Assembly (NCBI RefSeq): GCF_018350175.1
Contig: NC_058369.1
Location: 17,610,001 to 17,674,000 of the forward strand
Length of the DNA stretch: 64,000 nucleotides
Reading direction: 5' to 3'
Origin: Felis catus
Lineage: Eukaryota
Below are positions 62,900 to 64,000 of this stretch, piece after piece. The translations under genes were made by a program, and so were the position numbers. Below the pieces are notes generated by a model. That model ran no database searches and was not told the origin of the DNA. It saw nothing but the letters and a program-made list of their open reading frames with translations. Each line of letters begins with the position of its first letter. Within the stretch, counting starts at the first letter, position 1.

Positions 62900-63830
62900 A
62901 ACAAACTTCCAGTGTAGTTAACATGCAGCATTATATTAGTTTCAGGTATACAATACAGTGATTGAACAATTCTATACATTACTCAGTGCTCATTGTGGCA
63001 AGTGTACTTTTTTTTGGTCAATGTTTGTTTATTTTGAGAGAGCAGGGGTGGAGGTGGGGGACAGAGAGTGAATCCCAAACAAGCTCCTCACTGTCATCAC
63101 AGAGCCCAACATGGGTCTCAAACCCACAAACCATGAGATCATGACCTGAGCCCAAACCAAGAGTCAGATGCTTAACTGAGCCACCCAGGTGCCCTTATAA
63201 GTGTACTCTTTAATCCCTATCATCTATTTCACCCATTCCCCCAGCCACCTCCCTTCTGGTAACTGTTTCTTCTCTGTACTTAAGAGTCTGTTTCTTGGTT
63301 TGTCTCTTTTTTCTCTTGTGTTTCTTAAAGTAAACTATGAGTAAAATCATATGGTATTTGTCTTTCTCTGAATTATTTCACTAGCACTGTACTCTCTAGA
63401 TCTATCGATGGTGGTGCAAATGGCAAGGTTTCATTATTTTTTATGGCCAAGTAATATTCCATTGTCTAAATATACCACATACTCTTTATCCATTCATCTA
63501 CCAATGGACACTTGAGCTGCTTCTATATCTTGGCTATTGTAAATAATGCTGCAAAAAACCTAGGAGTGATACATGTTTTTGAATTAGTGTTTTTGTTTTA
63601 TTTATGTAAATACCCAGTAGGAGAATTACTAGATCATATGATAGTTCTTTTTTCAATTTTCTGAGTAGCCGCCATACTGTTTTCCACAGTGGCTGCACCA
63701 GTTTGCATTCCGACCAGCAGTGCACGAGCGTTTCTTTTTCTCTGCATCCACGCTGAAACTTGTTTCTTATATTTTTTATTTTAGCCATTCTGACAGGTAT
63801 GAGGTGATATCTCATCCTAGTTTTGATTTT
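62900..63830 (-). mobile_element. Carnivore L1 3' fragment
   Basis: Peptide IKTRMRYHLIPVRMAKIK...[23 protein letters not shown]. Confidence 0.9.
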
Positions 63831-64000
63831 AAGCCACCCAATTTGGGGATGATTTACAAAGCAATAGATAACACTACACAGGAAGCCTCTTAGTGTTAAG
63901 AGTACAAATGGTGGTGACATTTGGAAAGGGTAGAGAGGTTAGTAAATAGAACAAGTACAGGTAGAAATAGTTATATGGGGCGCCTGCGTGGCTTAGTTGT

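Overview
Eukaryotic genomic DNA from a carnivore, almost certainly a felid, judged from the dense cat-type Can-SINEs and felid L1 3' ends. The gene order NME6(-), SPINK8(-), FBXW12(+) matches human 3p21.31 as I recall it. The window contains NME6 exon 1 in a CpG island and its first coding exon, all five coding-homologous exons of SPINK8, and the first four in-frame coding exons of FBXW12. SPINK8 keeps canonical splice sites but carries two frameshifts (-2 nt in the signal-peptide exon, -1 nt at the end of the Kazal exon), so it looks like a recently inactivated unitary pseudogene or a null allele. A series of minus-strand, splice-site-bounded, coding-like segments runs from about 47 kb to 5 kb, interleaved with SPINK8 and partly phase-compatible. 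These may be the fossil of a larger unannotated host gene; this is a hypothesis. Other elements are a U6-L1 chimeric retrocopy, a 35-nt tailless U2 retrocopy, a degenerate telomere-like tract, and L1, L2, MIR, Tigger, ERV1, ERVL and MaLR fossils. All comparisons with human proteins and repeat consensi are from memory, not from alignments.
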